Below, piece after piece: positions 13,668-27,772 of a stretch of 64,000 nucleotides of DNA (its first letter is position 1; each line of letters starts with the position of its first letter). The position numbers and the translations under genes were made by a program. The DNA lies in NCBI GenBank assembly GCA_964016885.1, contig OZ024740.1, forward strand, positions 347,634,001 through 347,698,000, in the 5' to 3' direction. The stretch comes from Eledone cirrhosa. Taxonomy: Eukaryota. A model generated the notes under the pieces. It was not told the DNA's origin. It searched no databases and was given only the letters and a program-made list of their open reading frames with translations.

Positions 13668-14720
13668 AAGGTTAATATATATGAGGGTACAATGTACCCC
13701 CAGAAATACATGGTTGTCTATGATTCAAGGTGGTTCGATGGTAATAATTTGATATACCAGAACTTAATATGAAGATAGGCAGAACAAGTAATTTTTCAAA
13801 ATAAATCAAAATTAAAAAATATAATATAAATATTTACCTATTCTGGTAGCTCTTACTGTACAGTTTCACTTTGCAAAACATTAGATATCACATGGATATT
13901 AATGGAAAAGCAACGATCATCAGAGAAGCATTTTCCTTTCCTAGGGTTAAAAACCCCAGGAACGATAAAATATATGACCTCACTCCAACTAATACAGGTC
14001 TGAAAGGTCTTGAAAGTGACCCATAAATACGTTGGTGTATAGTGAAGGCGGGAAATCGTAGACTTGTTGTCTATGTTCGCCACCAAAAAAATAAATTTTT
14101 AGCAGCTAGATAGAACGACAGAATTTTTTCTCTACATAATCGGAGAATAAATTTTAAGGTTAATATATCTGAGGGTACAATGTACCCCCAGAAATACATG
14201 GTTGTCTATGATTCAAGGTGGTTCGATGGTAATAATTTGATATACCAGAACTTAATATGAATTTCTGGGGGTACATTGTACCCTCAGATATATTAACCTT
14301 ACACTTTATTCTCCGATTATGTAGAGAAAAAATTCTGTCGTTCTATCTAGCTGCTAAAAATTTATTTTTTTGGTGGCGAACATAGACAACAAGTCGATTT
14401 CCCGCCTTAACTATACACCAACGTATTTATGGGTCACTTTCACGATCTTTCAGACCCGTATTAGTTGGAGTGAGGTGATATATTTTATCGTTCCTGGGGT
14501 TTTTAACCCTAGGAAAGGAAAATGCTTCTCTGATGATCTTTGCTTTTCCATTAATATCCATGTGATATCTAATGTTTTGCAAAGTGAAACTGTACAGTAA
14601 GTGCTACCCGAATAGGTAAATATTTATATTATATTTTTTAATTTTGATTAATTTTAATTGTAAATTAATTTTGATTTATTTTGAAAAATTGGTTGAATTT
14701 TACTTGTTCTGCTTATCTTC

Positions 14721-14722
<2 letters not shown>
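13668..14722. mobile_element. Foldback/MITE-like repeat: ~490-bp unit followed by a partial copy and an inverted copy
   Basis: taaggttaatatat.tgagggtacaatgtacccc occurs at ~13668 and ~14155 and inverted at ~14262-14301. 14305-14722 is the reverse complement of ~13770-14150. The same family recurs at 57163-58375. Confidence 0.75.
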
Positions 14723-14811
<89 letters not shown>

Positions 14812-14885
14812 CATGTGAAATAGCCCATATGTTGTGCTCAATTGTTGGGTGTTATGGCGGAAGTAGTTGTAGTGGTGGTGGTGGG

Positions 14886-15005
14886 CATGGTGGTATGTGT
14901 GAGAGAGGAAGGTGGTGATGGCTATCGGTGTTGCTAACTATAGTAATCTATAGTTAGCAACACCGATAGCCATCACCACCTTCCTCTCTCACACATACCA
15001 CCATG
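14886..15005. repeat. Perfect hairpin, 58-bp arms, 4-nt loop
   Basis: catggtggtatg...gctaactatag TAAT ctatagttagc...cataccaccatg. Confidence 0.9.
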
Positions 15006-16261
15006 ACCACCACTATCATTGGTGTGCCAGAACTATATATAAAGGCATACTAACCGAAACTACCATATCTATGAAGTTGTTGTTTCAAAGGTAACCTTTT
15101 AATTGTGTACATAGTTGTTCCTGGTATGTAACATTTCTTGCAATTGTTAATTTGAATAAAGCTGCAAAGAATGATGTTTCCTTCGTCTTTGATCAGCCTA
15201 CTTTTATAAACCACGAATAAAATATAACTACAGAATTGTATGTTCCTTAAGAACTACTCCTGTGAAGCAACTGTCCTCTTACTTTAGAAGTGAATAAAGA
15301 ATATCTTTCATAGATGATATTGGCTGCAAACGATGCCATTTGAAATGTTCATTTCTAGGCACGGATGTGACGGCAAATACTAATGTCTATTATTGGCTCT
15401 TAAATCGCTGGCAGCATTCTCAAGTGGACTTTGCTACTACATGATCAGATCATGCCAGTTGTCACCATTTGCTAATTTTCGCTTTTCCTTTCCTACATTC
15501 TTCTGACATGAAATCTATAAAGACAGGTCACTCGGGTAAACAGCCATTAGTTAGGTCATAAAGAAAAATCTCTTGTTTCACTGTTTTGAGACGAATTGTG
15601 TTTTACTTTATTTAGTGAGCATGATTTGTTGTTACAGCTGTAGCTGAGATCCTTAATGGTTGTTCAGTGCCCACATTCTAATCTGTTCAAGTCTTTCTCT
15701 TGTGCCTCACTGACAGTGGTTCGCTTCACGTCATGTTTTTTGTCAGGATTTAATGTTGCTGCTTCGTGTTATCTGGTTTGGAGACTGATTAAAGTACAAA
15801 TAATCCTTGACACGTTGAGATAATTCGCTATTCGAAAAAAGTGGAGTATATTTAGAAAGCTCATATTGCTATTCTGGTGAAGGTAATATGGTATTTCTAA
15901 CAAACATTATATGCGTGGGAGGTTTTTGAATTAAAAACAAATATATATATGAATATATTTGTATAAAGAAAGAAAGATTGGGAAAGTAAATGAAAATGTT
16001 GAGTGTATAAATGAATAAATATGAGCTGGTAAATGTTGAGACACACACAAACACACACACACACACAGACACGAGTGTCATATTACAACATGAGCATTTC
16101 ATACATTGAAAATAAACCTCTTATTTCAATTAAATATCTTAACTACTTCACATAAGTTGTTTTGAAAACATACATATGCACATGCAGATGGCACACTCAC
16201 ACTCACACACATACACACGCACTCACAAATACTCACTGATGCACATACACACACAATATAC

Positions 16262-16324
16262 ACATATATATAGAGAGAGATAACGAAACAAACTGCAACA
16301 GTTAAATCTGTATTTCATAGCAAT
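16262..16324 (+). promoter_or_regulatory. Putative core promoter / short 5' UTR of Kazal gene 1
   Basis: TATATATA ~55 bp upstream of the ATG and an Inr-like ACAGTT near 16298. The region is conserved upstream of gene 2. TA runs are common here, so support is weak. Confidence 0.4.
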
Positions 16325-16361
16325 ATGTCACCAATCATCGTCTTCTTACTTCTTCTTTCTG
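16325..16361 (+). CDS. Kazal-type protease inhibitor gene 1, exon 1 (signal peptide MSPIIVFLLLLS, phase 1)
   Basis: ATG, a hydrophobic run and a G|GTATGT donor. The phase joins exon 2 in frame, and a paralogous exon lies at 52962. Confidence 0.85.
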
Positions 16362-16653
16362 GTATGTATTTTGTATTATTTCTTTTACGTTACTGGCAAC
16401 ATTGTTGTATCTCAATTTTTGACAATACTCTTCGTTGATTCTGTCTGAGCCCTAGCACCCAGTGTGTCCTGGCTTGATGTCACTAAACTAAAACCTGACA
16501 CAATATATTGTTGGCATTCTCATCATCTCAATTATGCATCCAAAGCAAAGAATTGATCGTCTTCATTCCTACTGTCCGAATAATTTCAGCAGGTGGGCCA
16601 AGGCCTTAATCAGAACCAAATGATCTACACTCTGTCAGATTGACTATATATCC

Positions 16654-16728
<75 letters not shown>

Positions 16729-16791
16729 TCTCTCTCTATCTATCTACCTATCTATCTATCTATCTATTTATCTATCTATCTATTTCTCTGT

Positions 16792-16918
<127 letters not shown>

Positions 16919-17184
16919 TATATATGTAATATAATTGAATATAAAAAAGATATAAACACAGATATATACATATATGTGTTCAAATCGTAAGGGACCAGAT
17001 TCGCTAGGGTGAAGAAAATACTAACTATGAACAATAGGGTTTGCCAGACTCAATTTAAAAGAAATATGCCATGCGCGTTATTTTATATACGCACACAATT
17101 CAGTCTTCTGAGACACTTAGAAGTGAAGAGCAAAAGAATTGGTAATTCCGTTTCACTGAATTGGCCAAACTATATATATATATA

Positions 17185-17970
17185 TATAGTAATAATAATA
17201 AAATTGAAGACTAAAATCCAAAGAGGGCTCGATAAGGAAAATATATCAAATATATAAGAACCGTAGAGCAAATATTTATTAAAATAACAGATTAAAGTTT
17301 AAGCAAAGAATCGCTGCTTTCACCCTTAACGGGATATTCTGAAACTAACAAAGTCAATCTGTAAACGCAGAACTGGATATTTCAAAAAACGTTGCAACCG
17401 GAGGAAGACAGGAAGACGATACTTTGGTTCGTGGTAACGTTCGCTGGCAAAGAACGGGAAAAAACGAATAATACGTAATTAATAGGAGCGGTGAAAAACA
17501 ATTACGCGCAAAGACAAAACCACGTTTGTGGTATAAAAGAGGTCGTAGACTAATGTTCTCTTAGGTGGTGCATAGAGACGTTCTCTGGCAATGAACGAAA
17601 ATACGAAGATAATAAGTCATATGTGGAGCGTGGAGAACAATAGCACGCAAAGACAAAACCACGTAAATGGTATAGCAGAAATCGTAGACTAAAATTCTTC
17701 ATAGGAGACCAAATGAATCTCCGCTACAGAGTTAAGAACAAAGTAAATAAATACAAACAGAAGTAATAGAAACAAATAAATACATACGCGCAAACAGATA
17801 CGTACATACACAAGCATACGCAAAACCTTACCATGGGTATACAAAACCACGCACATATAAATATCTGTGTGTGTGTATGCTTGTGTACAAATAAATAAAT
17901 AATTATATAAACGTATATAAGTAAATAAATACGTATATAACAAGCTCACACGCATACCTACATATAAACG
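17185..17970 (-). mobile_element. Penelope-like 3' UTR/pLTR fragment, same family as 22280-24258
   Basis: ~17340-17970 is the reverse complement of ~23640-24258, and 17190-17270 recurs directly at 22280-22360. Confidence 0.75.
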
Positions 17971-18057
17971 TGTATTTATATGTAGGTATGCGTGTGAGCT
18001 TGTTATATACGTATTTATTTACTTAGCTTGAGCTCAGCCGTCGGGGTCTTACTTGTT

Positions 18058-18124
<67 letters not shown>

Positions 18125-18134
<10 letters not shown>

Positions 18135-18246
18135 ATTTAGTGTTTTCACTCAGGAGTCAAATACAATTATTTAGCTCTAAGAAATATTTCTTAGAGCTAA
18201 ATAATTGTATTTGACTCCTGAGGGAAAACTCTAAATTATATTATAT
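18125..18246. repeat. Near-perfect ~120-bp palindrome with no loop
   Basis: Centred on gaaat|atttc at 18185/18186, with few mismatches. Confidence 0.9.
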
Positions 18247-18783
18247 TTGCTCCTTCGGTCGAGCTGAATTCGTAATCCCATATAAACGGCTGTTATTTCT
18301 AGCGCCATGAGTATGAGCCAGATTGCCAGATTGCCAGATTGCTGGGGGAAAATCGTGTGCAAAAGCACATGTATTTGGCATACGACAAACCAGTCCTTAG
18401 ATATTTCTCTTAGGTGAAGTAACTCTAATTTTTCTGGGTGCCTATTGAGAATCACAGAAAATTAATTATTTCACTAATAATTATTTCATAAATAGTTATT
18501 CCACAATTAATTAATTATTTCAATAGTATACCATCCTTTGTGAAACAGGTTTATTATTTGAAGTTCGGACTGATATGCTGAAAAGGTTTGAATTTTGGAA
18601 TTTAAACTTGTCTAGGCACCAGGGCAGTTGCCGATATACGTCTGTGAGTAGAGATTTATTATTTTTTAGATCTATACAGGTAGACTATATGTATTTGAAT
18701 TAAGGTATTTCTATCTGGCTAAATTATTGTCAATTTGCAATAAAAACACATTAGTGTTGATCATATTTTTTTATATTAACTTG

Positions 18784-18929
<146 letters not shown>

Positions 18930-18964
18930 TATATATATAGTAATATATATATATATAGTAATGA

Positions 18965-21900
18965 TGTCCTGGATATGACATTAAACTACATCCAGTGGCA
19001 AGGCTCCAGTTCGGGAGTTCAGGAGTTGTGGGGAATGTGGAGTTACCCCTTAGTTGTCTTGACTCCCAGCTCTGCCCTGGCCCGGGGTCGTAGTACCTGT
19101 TAGGGCTCCATTTATGGGTTAAATAACTACCTTATTCGAGTGGCGCCGGTAAGGTATTGTCAGCCATTGAAAAGAAATATGGAGAGTCGATCTAACAGCA
19201 GTAGGGTTAGAGCCCCTAATTACACTGTCAAGGAGCAGCCTGGTCGTTATGACACTGCTGGCTTAGAGCCACAGAGAGGGCCAATGGATGATGGATCAGC
19301 TGTCTCTGAGACAAATATAAAGAATGCAGTTTTGTCCTGCAGAAGCGCCATCAAAATGGGCACTTTGAATGTGAGGACTATTCGGACGCTGGAGAAGAGA
19401 GAGGAGTTGGGACATCTGTTCGAGGAGAGTGGTATGCAGATACTTGCGATCAAAGAACACAGGATTCTACACGATGAGCCCGTGGGAAGTGTGATGATCG
19501 GGAAGAGGAGCCAGCTCATTACTACATCGGCAGTGAAGAACACAACAAATGCTGCAGTAGGAGGAGTGGGTTTTGTGTTCAGTGCAAAAACCAATCTGTT
19601 GGTGGGGGAAATAATGCCTATCTCCTCGCGAGTGTTGAGGGTGACCTTCAATGGAAACCCAAGACTGACAGTCATCTCAGCCTATAGTCCAACCGAGGGG
19701 GACAGTGATGTGAGTGCGGAAGGGTTCCATGAGGAGGTGTGTAGAGCTGTCAACACCACTCAGGCACACAATATCCTGCTTGTTTTGGGGGACTTCAATG
19801 CACATCTGAGTAAGGAGGGCAGTGAAGATCCTTGCTGGTACTTCCATAACAACACCAACCGAAATGGAAGACTACTGAGAGACACCCTGCTGGAGGCGAA
19901 CTTGATGGCGACCAACCTAAGGTTTAGGAAGAATCTGGGGAAGATGTGGACCTACATCTCGGATATGCACCTGTCCAAGTCCCAGATTGATTTCATTCTG
20001 GTGAGGAAAAAGTGGCGGAATAGTGTTCTGAACACAGAACCAGACAGCTATTTCAGTACACTGGGTAGTGACCACCGGCTTGTTATGAGTGAGGTCCGGG
20101 TGAGCTTAAGAAAGAGCAAGGCTCGGCCCCGGAGAGCAATCTGTGACTGGGGAGCTTTCAAGGAAGATGATAAGCTACAGGAGAGGTTCAAAGTGGAAGT
20201 GAGAAACAGGTTTAGTGCCCTGTGTGGAGTGTCAGAGAAGAGAGAGATTGGATGGACTGAGGAGAGTGTGACGAGGAGGTACGGGCACTTCACCAATGCA
20301 GTGACGGAAGCAAGTGAAACCCTGGTACCGAGGAAAAAGAGCAAAGGGAAGCACGTCAGCTCTGCAAACCCAAAAGTGTGTGCCGCCAGAGAACACCTGA
20401 AAGCTGCCAAGGACCAATTCTATGCTGATCCTACGGAGGAGAGGATGGAGACTGTGGAGGTGATGAGGGAAGAACTCTGTACCGCTTACACTGAGGTCAG
20501 AGAGGAGGCACTGATAGAGAAGATCAGAAGTGTGGAGAGAGCGTTTGACAGATCTGGATGTAAGGAGAGCTGGATGATCATCAACGAGATCACAGGGAGG
20601 AAGAGAAGGTGTTCGAGTCAGTTCCAGGGAACGGGGCCCGAGGATAGGAAGAGGAAATGGCTAGACCATTTTAGGACCCTACTAGGAGAGCCACCCTCCA
20701 CAGCCCAGAGCACTGGGGAGATCAGGCGGATGTTTGAGGAACTGGATGTTGAGACAGAGCCCTTCACCAGAGAGGAGCTTCAGAGAGCCAAGAAGAGGAT
20801 CAAGGAGGGCAAGGCTCATGGAGAAAATGGAGTGGCATCAGAGGTGATGAAGAGGTGTGATTTTGATATCATCCTGGGGTTCTGTAACGGGGCACTGGAG
20901 AAAGGAGTTGCCCCGGATCAGTGGAGGATCAGTAACATCGTCCCAGTGCCAAAGAAGGGAGATCTCTCTAACACCAACAACTACAGGGGGATCTCACTGA
21001 CGTCACTTGTGGCAAAGACCCTCAACAGGATTATTCTTAACAGGATCCAGCCTGAGATGGAGAAGAAGCTCAGGGACAACCAGAACGGCTTCAGAGAGGG
21101 TAGATCAACCACCAGTCACATCCTGATGCTGAGGAGGATATTAGAAGGAGCTAGAGAAAAGTGCCTTCCTGCGGTCATGGTTTTCATTGACTTTAGGAAG
21201 GCCTTTGATTCTGTGGACCGTTACTGCCTGATGAAGATCTTACAGGCTTATGGAATCCCCAAGAAGATAGTGGACCTGATATCACTGCTCTACACCAACA
21301 CCAAAGCCCAAGTCATTACACCTGATGGGATGACAGAGTTCTTTGAGATACTGGCTGGAGTGCTCCAGGGAGATACATTGGCTCACTACCTTTTTATCAT
21401 CGTAGTGGACTATTGTATGCGCCTTGCACTGGAGAAACACCAGGACTCTGGCTTTACTGTGGGACCGGCTCAGAGCAGGAGAGTTAGGGCGAAAAAGGTA
21501 TCGGATGCTGAATTTGCCGACGACATAGTTTTGGTGACAAATACAGTGAAGGAGGCAGAGGATTTGATGCGGGAGGTTGAGACTGTGTCGATGAGTGTGG
21601 GGCTGAGAATGAATGAGACTAAAACAAAATATCTGGTAGAGAATGTTTAGAAGCCAGAGGGGATCACTAATGTAGGCGGGAAGCCGCTAGAATTGGTTGA
21701 GGGCTTCCTGTATTTGGGAGCAAAGATTGGGAATACGGAAGATGATGTGGTTGAGAGGATGAGCAAATGCTGGGCGGCGTGCCACAGCTTGAGATCGGTG
21801 TGGAAGTCGGACCTTCGTAGAGACCTGAAAATCCGCCTCTTCATTGCTGTAATGGAGTCTGTGCTGCTGTATGGGTCTGAGACTTGGACACTGACCAAGA

Positions 21901-22288
21901 AACTCACTCAGATGGTGGATGGGTGCTACACGAGAATGCTGAGGATGGCTCTGAACATTAATCAGTATACACGGAGGATGAAAAGCTCAGAGCTGTATGG
22001 GAGCATCCCAAAAGTCAGCTCAAAAGTGACACAGAGGAGACTGAGGTTAGCTGGACATGCTCACCGACATCCAGAGTTGACATTGCACTCAGTGCTCCTT
22101 TGAGAGCCCCTACATGGACACACTAGAAGAGGAAGACCAAGGTTAACGTATGTTGATGCCCTAAGGAGAGACACTGGTCTATTGGAGGCGCAGGACACGG
22201 CAGCGATAATGAGGGACAGAGACCGCTGGAGAGAACTCGTCCATGGATCTCGGGAATTTTACCCGCCTTAGAATAGTAATAATAATAA
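18965..22288 (+). mobile_element. RTE-clade LINE, near full length
   Basis: Single APE+RT frame from 19140 to 22271 (GTLNVRT, GDFNAH, SDH, QGDTL, FADD, YGSETW, RLAGH, RGRP). Two in-frame stops (TAG 21648, TGA 22101) and a (TAA)n tail. Confidence 0.93.
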
Positions 22289-24258
22289 ATTTGAAGACTA
22301 AAATTCAAAGAGCGCTCGATAAGGATAAATATATATCAAATATATAAGAACCGTAGAGCTAATTACCTCGACGTTACCCTCAATTTATCGAATGGCTTGT
22401 ATTACCCGTATAGAAAGCCGAATGATACGCTTAATTACATAAGTAAGCATTCTAACCATCCTGCCAGCATAACCAAGAACCTGGTAAGAAACGTTTCTTT
22501 GAGGCTTTCCCGTCTATCTACTAACGAGCATATTTTCAACGACCATTCCACATATTACAATGAAGCTCTTGCTCGGAGTGGATAGTGGATTTGTCGATAA
22601 GGTAGCATATACAGAGTACGAGAATACACCTATAAGAAATAGATCCCGACGCATTATATGGTATAACCCACCATATAATATGGAGGTGGCCACACCATTA
22701 GCTAAGATCCTTCTATCCATTATTACGAAGCATTTTCCCCCTACACATAAATATAGTAAATTTTTTAATAGAAATACTATTAACATTTCTTACTCTCCGA
22801 CTCCTAACCTTGCACATAACATCACAACTTCAAATTTAGCTAAACTACCTAGCCGTAGGAACACGTGCAACCCTGTAGTTAGTACTAACTGTAATTGTAG
22901 GAATCGGGTTGATTGCCCCCTATCCGGTAAATGCCTCTCTAGTAACATTGTCTACAAATGTAAGGTTAAAACACCCACGTCCCGTAGGGCCTATATAGGG
23001 TTAACCGCCAATAGATTCAAGCAGCGTCTTTACATGCATACCCATTCTTTTCGTTACCCTTTAAGAAGGAATATGACGTCACTTTCAGCTTATATCTGGA
23101 GTCTAAAAGACAACCACACCCAATATAAGTTACACTGGGAGATCCTAGCTATATCGTTAAACGGAAATAAAAGACCATGTGACCTCTGCGCCGCTGAGGC
23201 CCTGGAAATACTCTACGCCAAAGACAACATCTTAAACAAAAGAAATCTGAGGCAATTTCGGCTTGTAAACATAAATTGCACAGAACTTTCCTATATTACA
23301 GCCCCACATTATACCCTAACGGATAGTACGATCTATACGCGGATATTTTACGTCTTGTTGTGGTAGCTAAGTATATGTTATGTTTATACCATTACTTATT
23401 TGCATAGGTAAGTATATATTACCTGTATGTTTTGTGAAGGTACGTATACTTTCTCGTACGTATATTTGATTGTATATGTTATGGCGTATATTTTATATAT
23501 CCTGGTACATATGCTTTTGGTTATGTGTATACGTCAGTTTTGCGTCTGTGTGAGTATGCGGGTTCGTACGTATGTAGGCTGTGTGTATATGTGTACTTCG
23601 TGTTTTGGTTGACGTAAGTCTCCGAAAATTTGTGTATTTACATGTAGTATGTGTGTGCGCTTGTTATATACGTATTTATTTATTTATATACGTTTATTTA
23701 ATTATTTGTATACACGCACACACGCACACACACATATTTATATGTGCGTATATTTGTATACCTATGGCGATTGTTTTCGCGTATGCTTGTGTATGTACGT
23801 ATATGGTTGTGTGTATGTATTTATTTAATTTCTGTTACCTCTGTATTTTATTTACTTTATTCTTAACTCTGAAGCCGAGAATCATTCGGTTTCCTAGTTA
23901 GAATTTTAGTCTACGACTTCAGTTATACCATTTACGTGGTTTTGTGTTTGCATGCAATTGTTCTCCACGCTCCACATATGACGTATTATATTCGTTTTTT
24001 CCGTTCATTGCCAGATAACGTCTCTATAAACCACCTAAGAGAATATTAGTCTACGACTTCTTTTATACCATAAGCGTGGTTTTGTCTTTGCGTGTAATTA
24101 TTTTTCACCGCTCCAAATAATGACGTATTATATTCGTTTTTTCGCGTTCTTTGCCAGGGAACGTTTCCACGAACCAAAGTATCGTCCTCCTGTCTTCCTC
24201 CGGTTGCAACGTTTTTTGAAATATTCACTTCTGCGTTTACAGATTGACTTTGTTAGTT
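22280..24258 (+). mobile_element. 5'-truncated Penelope-like element (RT thumb + GIY-YIG + 3' UTR) with a short inverted pLTR piece at its 5' end
   Basis: Motifs NYLDVTLNL..YYPYRKP..SNHP, IIWYNPPY, CNCR..CPL..C, VYKC..AYIGLT and CDLC..E. Frameshift near 22580. Confidence 0.9.
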
Positions 24259-25324
24259 GCTCCTTCTACCTGGAGTTGCGACCGATAGATAGTATTAGCA
24301 ATTGGAAAGACCAACGGAAACATTGTTCCCTCGGTTCGATTTGACGAAAGTCGATCGTCTCTTTATATATATATATATATGTATATATATACATATATAT
24401 ATTTAAAAAATAGAGGTGTGACACATGAGTTGTGATATATTAGTAAAAAGGAAAAGAAAGTGCTGACAAATTTTTCCAAGCGAAAAATAGTTTAATTAGG
24501 AATAAGTATAAATTAGTAATGAATATTCAGTTTTAGTTAGTATTCAGTTTTAGTTTTAAGCTTTTACCGGTTGCGCATTTTAAATGCTTTTCAAAAATAA
24601 TTTTGAGATAGAGCACTCGTGATTTTTGCGTATATATACATATATATGTGTGTGTGTGGCCGTGTGTGTTTCCTTGGACAGACCTATCTGTAGGGCTTGT
24701 TATTTAAATGTAATATATAGTGGATGTTATCGTTCGTATGTTCGTATACAAAGCATCCAGGTGTGATACCAACATGTTGCGTACATATTTATAATGTATA
24801 TACATGTATATATATATATATATAGACAGTACACTCACCCCTACTTCCTCAACTTCAAAGATAGGTAAGGTCAATGACTGGACTGCCACGGCAATATTAA
24901 GGGAACATTCACACACTCGTTATATTTACCTTGTTGATGTATAAATAAAAAAAAATGTCTTGTTTCAATGTAAGAAACCGGCACTCTATTGGTAAATATT
25001 TATGAACCAGAACATACATACATATATATATGTGTATGTGTGTGGGGGGGGTGCGTGTGTTGGTGTACTAGTATAGTTCCCGACCAAAATGAGAGTATAA
25101 TGATAAAGACTATTTCATTTAATGATTACAAAGAATTATAGAGGAGAAACATCAGCTTCAACAGCAGGAGCAACAATGATAATAATAATAGTAGTAGTAG
25201 TAGTAGTAGTAGTAGTAGCAGTAGCAGCAGCAGCAGCAGTAGTAGTAGAAAGTAACCACTTTCTAGACACGCAAATTTATTGTGTATTATTACATGCATG
25301 TATATATATATATGTGTGTGTGCG

Positions 25325-25432
<108 letters not shown>

Positions 25433-25829
25433 TCTGTGTATGTGTGTATGATATGTATGATATATATTGCAGCCGTGATCGCCCCATCATTTTGTCCCAC
25501 ACGTAGAGTAATGCCACTATTAATTGTGATGCCACTATTGATTCTGATACCACTGAGTCTCGTTTGGGTACTTTTTTAAGCTGTCTCCGGCTGATACTGA
25601 TCCACATAGCTTTTATGTTGTGGGTCACAGGTGTTGCACGGGTGTGGCTCAAACATGTTGTAGATTCATGTGGGAATTCTCTAACTTTATCACATGCTAG
25701 TCTTTGCAAAATCTTATTTTGACTGCTTTCAAATATTCTGTCTGACTTGAGACAATCTTTGTTTATTTTGTTGGAATTTACACTATGTAATTATTTATAT
25801 GTATTTTAGAGATTTTCACTTTTAGCACT

Positions 25830-25842
25830 AATCATCATCACT

Positions 25843-25879
<37 letters not shown>

Positions 25880-26050
25880 CGTGCAACACAACCACCATCA
25901 TCACCACCATCATCATCATCATCATCATCATCACCACCACTACCACTATAATCATCATCACCGCCACCTTCACAACCATCATCACCAACATCATCACCAT
26001 CATCACCATCATCATGATATTCATTATTCCATAATCATCATTATTATTAT
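25830..26050 (+). repeat. (CAT/CAC)n microsatellite in intron 1 of Kazal gene 1; paralogous tract at 56315-56570
   Basis: Degenerate trinucleotide run. Confidence 0.9.
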
Positions 26051-26169
26051 TTTGGCAGTATCGGTAGAGGGTCGGACGCCATGCTTTGACGCATAGAGTT
26101 ACGGCCCTTGCCATTCTGAGTTCAAATTAAAAAAGGTTACTTATAATGTATGGTTTCGTCCATGAACAG

Positions 26170-26302
26170 GAGCTGTCTTGATCACTGCTACAACACAAGA
26201 CACTCGTGATTGTGGAGCGTGTCCAGCTGTATATGAACCGGTATGTGGCACTGACGGCAACACTTATTCAAACTACTGCATGTTGAAATTGAGTATTTGC
26301 AG
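26170..26302 (+). CDS. Kazal gene 1, exon 2 (GAVLITATTQDTRDCGACPAVYEPVCGTDGNTYSNYCMLKLSIC)
   Basis: cag| acceptor and AG|GTAAGT donor. Classic Kazal motif C-x2-C-x7-C (PVCGTDGNTYSNxC)-x10-C-x6-C. Confidence 0.95.
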
Positions 26303-26399
26303 GTAAGTACAGGATCTTCATATGTAGACGCATACACATTTATGTGGGAGGTGTAGAGGAAAAGTGCCTTTCGATTCACATAAGTAGACAGAAGTTGCA

Positions 26400-26471
<72 letters not shown>

Positions 26472-26595
26472 GGAAAAGAATGAAACGAAATTTCATTTCT
26501 AACTCTTAGTACGGGTGATACTTAAATATAGGTATGTATACTACATACATATATGTATACAGATGTACAGTAGTATGTGTATATATACATACATG

Positions 26596-26676
<81 letters not shown>

Positions 26677-27214
26677 GTATGGGTTTACCGAACATTTATT
26701 ATAATGTTCGGTTTGTTTGTAAACAAACAGCCCGAATTAAGCCGTACAGTGTTCGGCAACCATCGTTCAACACTGACAAAGGAACGATGTACTAGTTTCA
26801 AGCTTATTAGCTATCGACAGCATCGTATACCTTCCTGTCAGATGATTGAACGTTTGAAAGTATATACTTTCCTTATGCATATTAACGGCTGAGCAGCCTA
26901 ATTTGCATATCGAGTGAGGTAGTCGGCCGGGCGTTCAATAGCTAATAAGCGTGAAACTAGTTCATCGTTCCTTTGTCAGTGTTGAACAAAGGGGCAACGA
27001 TGGTTGCCGAACGCTGTCCGGCTTAATTCGGGTTGTTTGTTTACATATATATATATTCTGTTTACATATATATATATTCTGCAACTTCTGTCTACTTATG
27101 TGAATCGAAAGGCGCTTTCACTCCAATTTATTATAAATTAAATTTATAAATTTAAGAATTCATAAATTTCCGGTTGGTTGGTTGGTTCCACAACCGGACG
27201 GTTTTTCATATATT

Positions 27215-27257
27215 GTCAAAGTTCTTTCGTCACACATTATGTGACCTCTTCAGTGAC
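27215..27257 (-). ncRNA. Minimal type I hammerhead motif
   Basis: Reverse complement: gtca CTGAAGA GGTCAC ataatgt GTGAC GAAA gaac TT tgac. Stem III is very weak. Confidence 0.6.
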
Positions 27258-27333
27258 TGGGGATTCTTTTCTTTGTTTTGTGCTTCTGCTTTGTTCGGTC
27301 CTACGCCGTCTTGTTTTGTGTGTGTTGACAATA

Positions 27334-27376
27334 GTCACTGAAGAGGTCAAAGAATGTGTGACGAAAGAACTTTGAC
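27334..27376 (+). ncRNA. Minimal type I hammerhead motif
   Basis: gtca CTGAAGA GGTCA..TGAC GAAA gaac TT tgac. Stem III is very weak. Confidence 0.55.
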
Positions 27377-27717
27377 ACTATATGAACAACCGTCCGGTTG
27401 TGGAACTAGCCAACCAACCAACCGGAAATTTATAAATTCTTAAATTTATAAATTTAATTTATAATAAATTGGAGTGAAAGCAACTGGTGCGTGTGTTTCT
27501 TATTGACAACATGACCCTCCCAAAGTATAACAATATCGGTTTCAACAGACGTTTTCAGATAAAGAATCTTGCTAAACAAATTCAGAAACGATATATATAT
27601 ATATGACTCCAGTTCCCCAGTGAATTAACAACCCAACAAGGAACTGGGCATATCAGAGTATTGACAATATCATACACCTAAACAACATATGTACTTGTCT
27701 ATACAATGCTAATTCAA

Positions 27718-27772
27718 ACTGCCTGAAGAGGTCACAGCCAAAGATGGCTCTCACTGAAATATATATAGCAGT
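27718..27772 (+). ncRNA. Type I hammerhead ribozyme in a probable Penelope-like pLTR fragment
   Basis: actgc CTGAAGA, stem II AGCCA/TGGCT, GAAA, palindromic TATATA, TA, then gcagt closing stem I. AATAAA follows immediately. Confidence 0.75.

Larger units (their letters stand above)
27114..27481. repeat. Inverted repeat (~145-bp arms, 27114-27258 / 27333-27481), each arm carrying a hammerhead motif
   Basis: The arms are reverse complements with few mismatches and a ~74-bp spacer. Confidence 0.9.

Noticed and set aside
13853-14600. Near-identical 76-77 aa ORFs on opposite strands
   Set aside because: They are by-products of the inverted repeat, and the frame is not conserved in the copies at 57163-58375.
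25473-25579. Possible alternative exon 2 (AVIAPSFC...) that would extend the signal peptide in phase
   Set aside because: There is no polypyrimidine tract, and a 13-nt indel shifts the frame between paralogs (55945 onward). The product is implausible.
25881-26096. Poly-His ORF, and the poly-Met/Val ORF on the opposite strand
   Set aside because: This is an intronic (CAT)n microsatellite with no convincing start or splice sites. The tract varies freely in the paralog.
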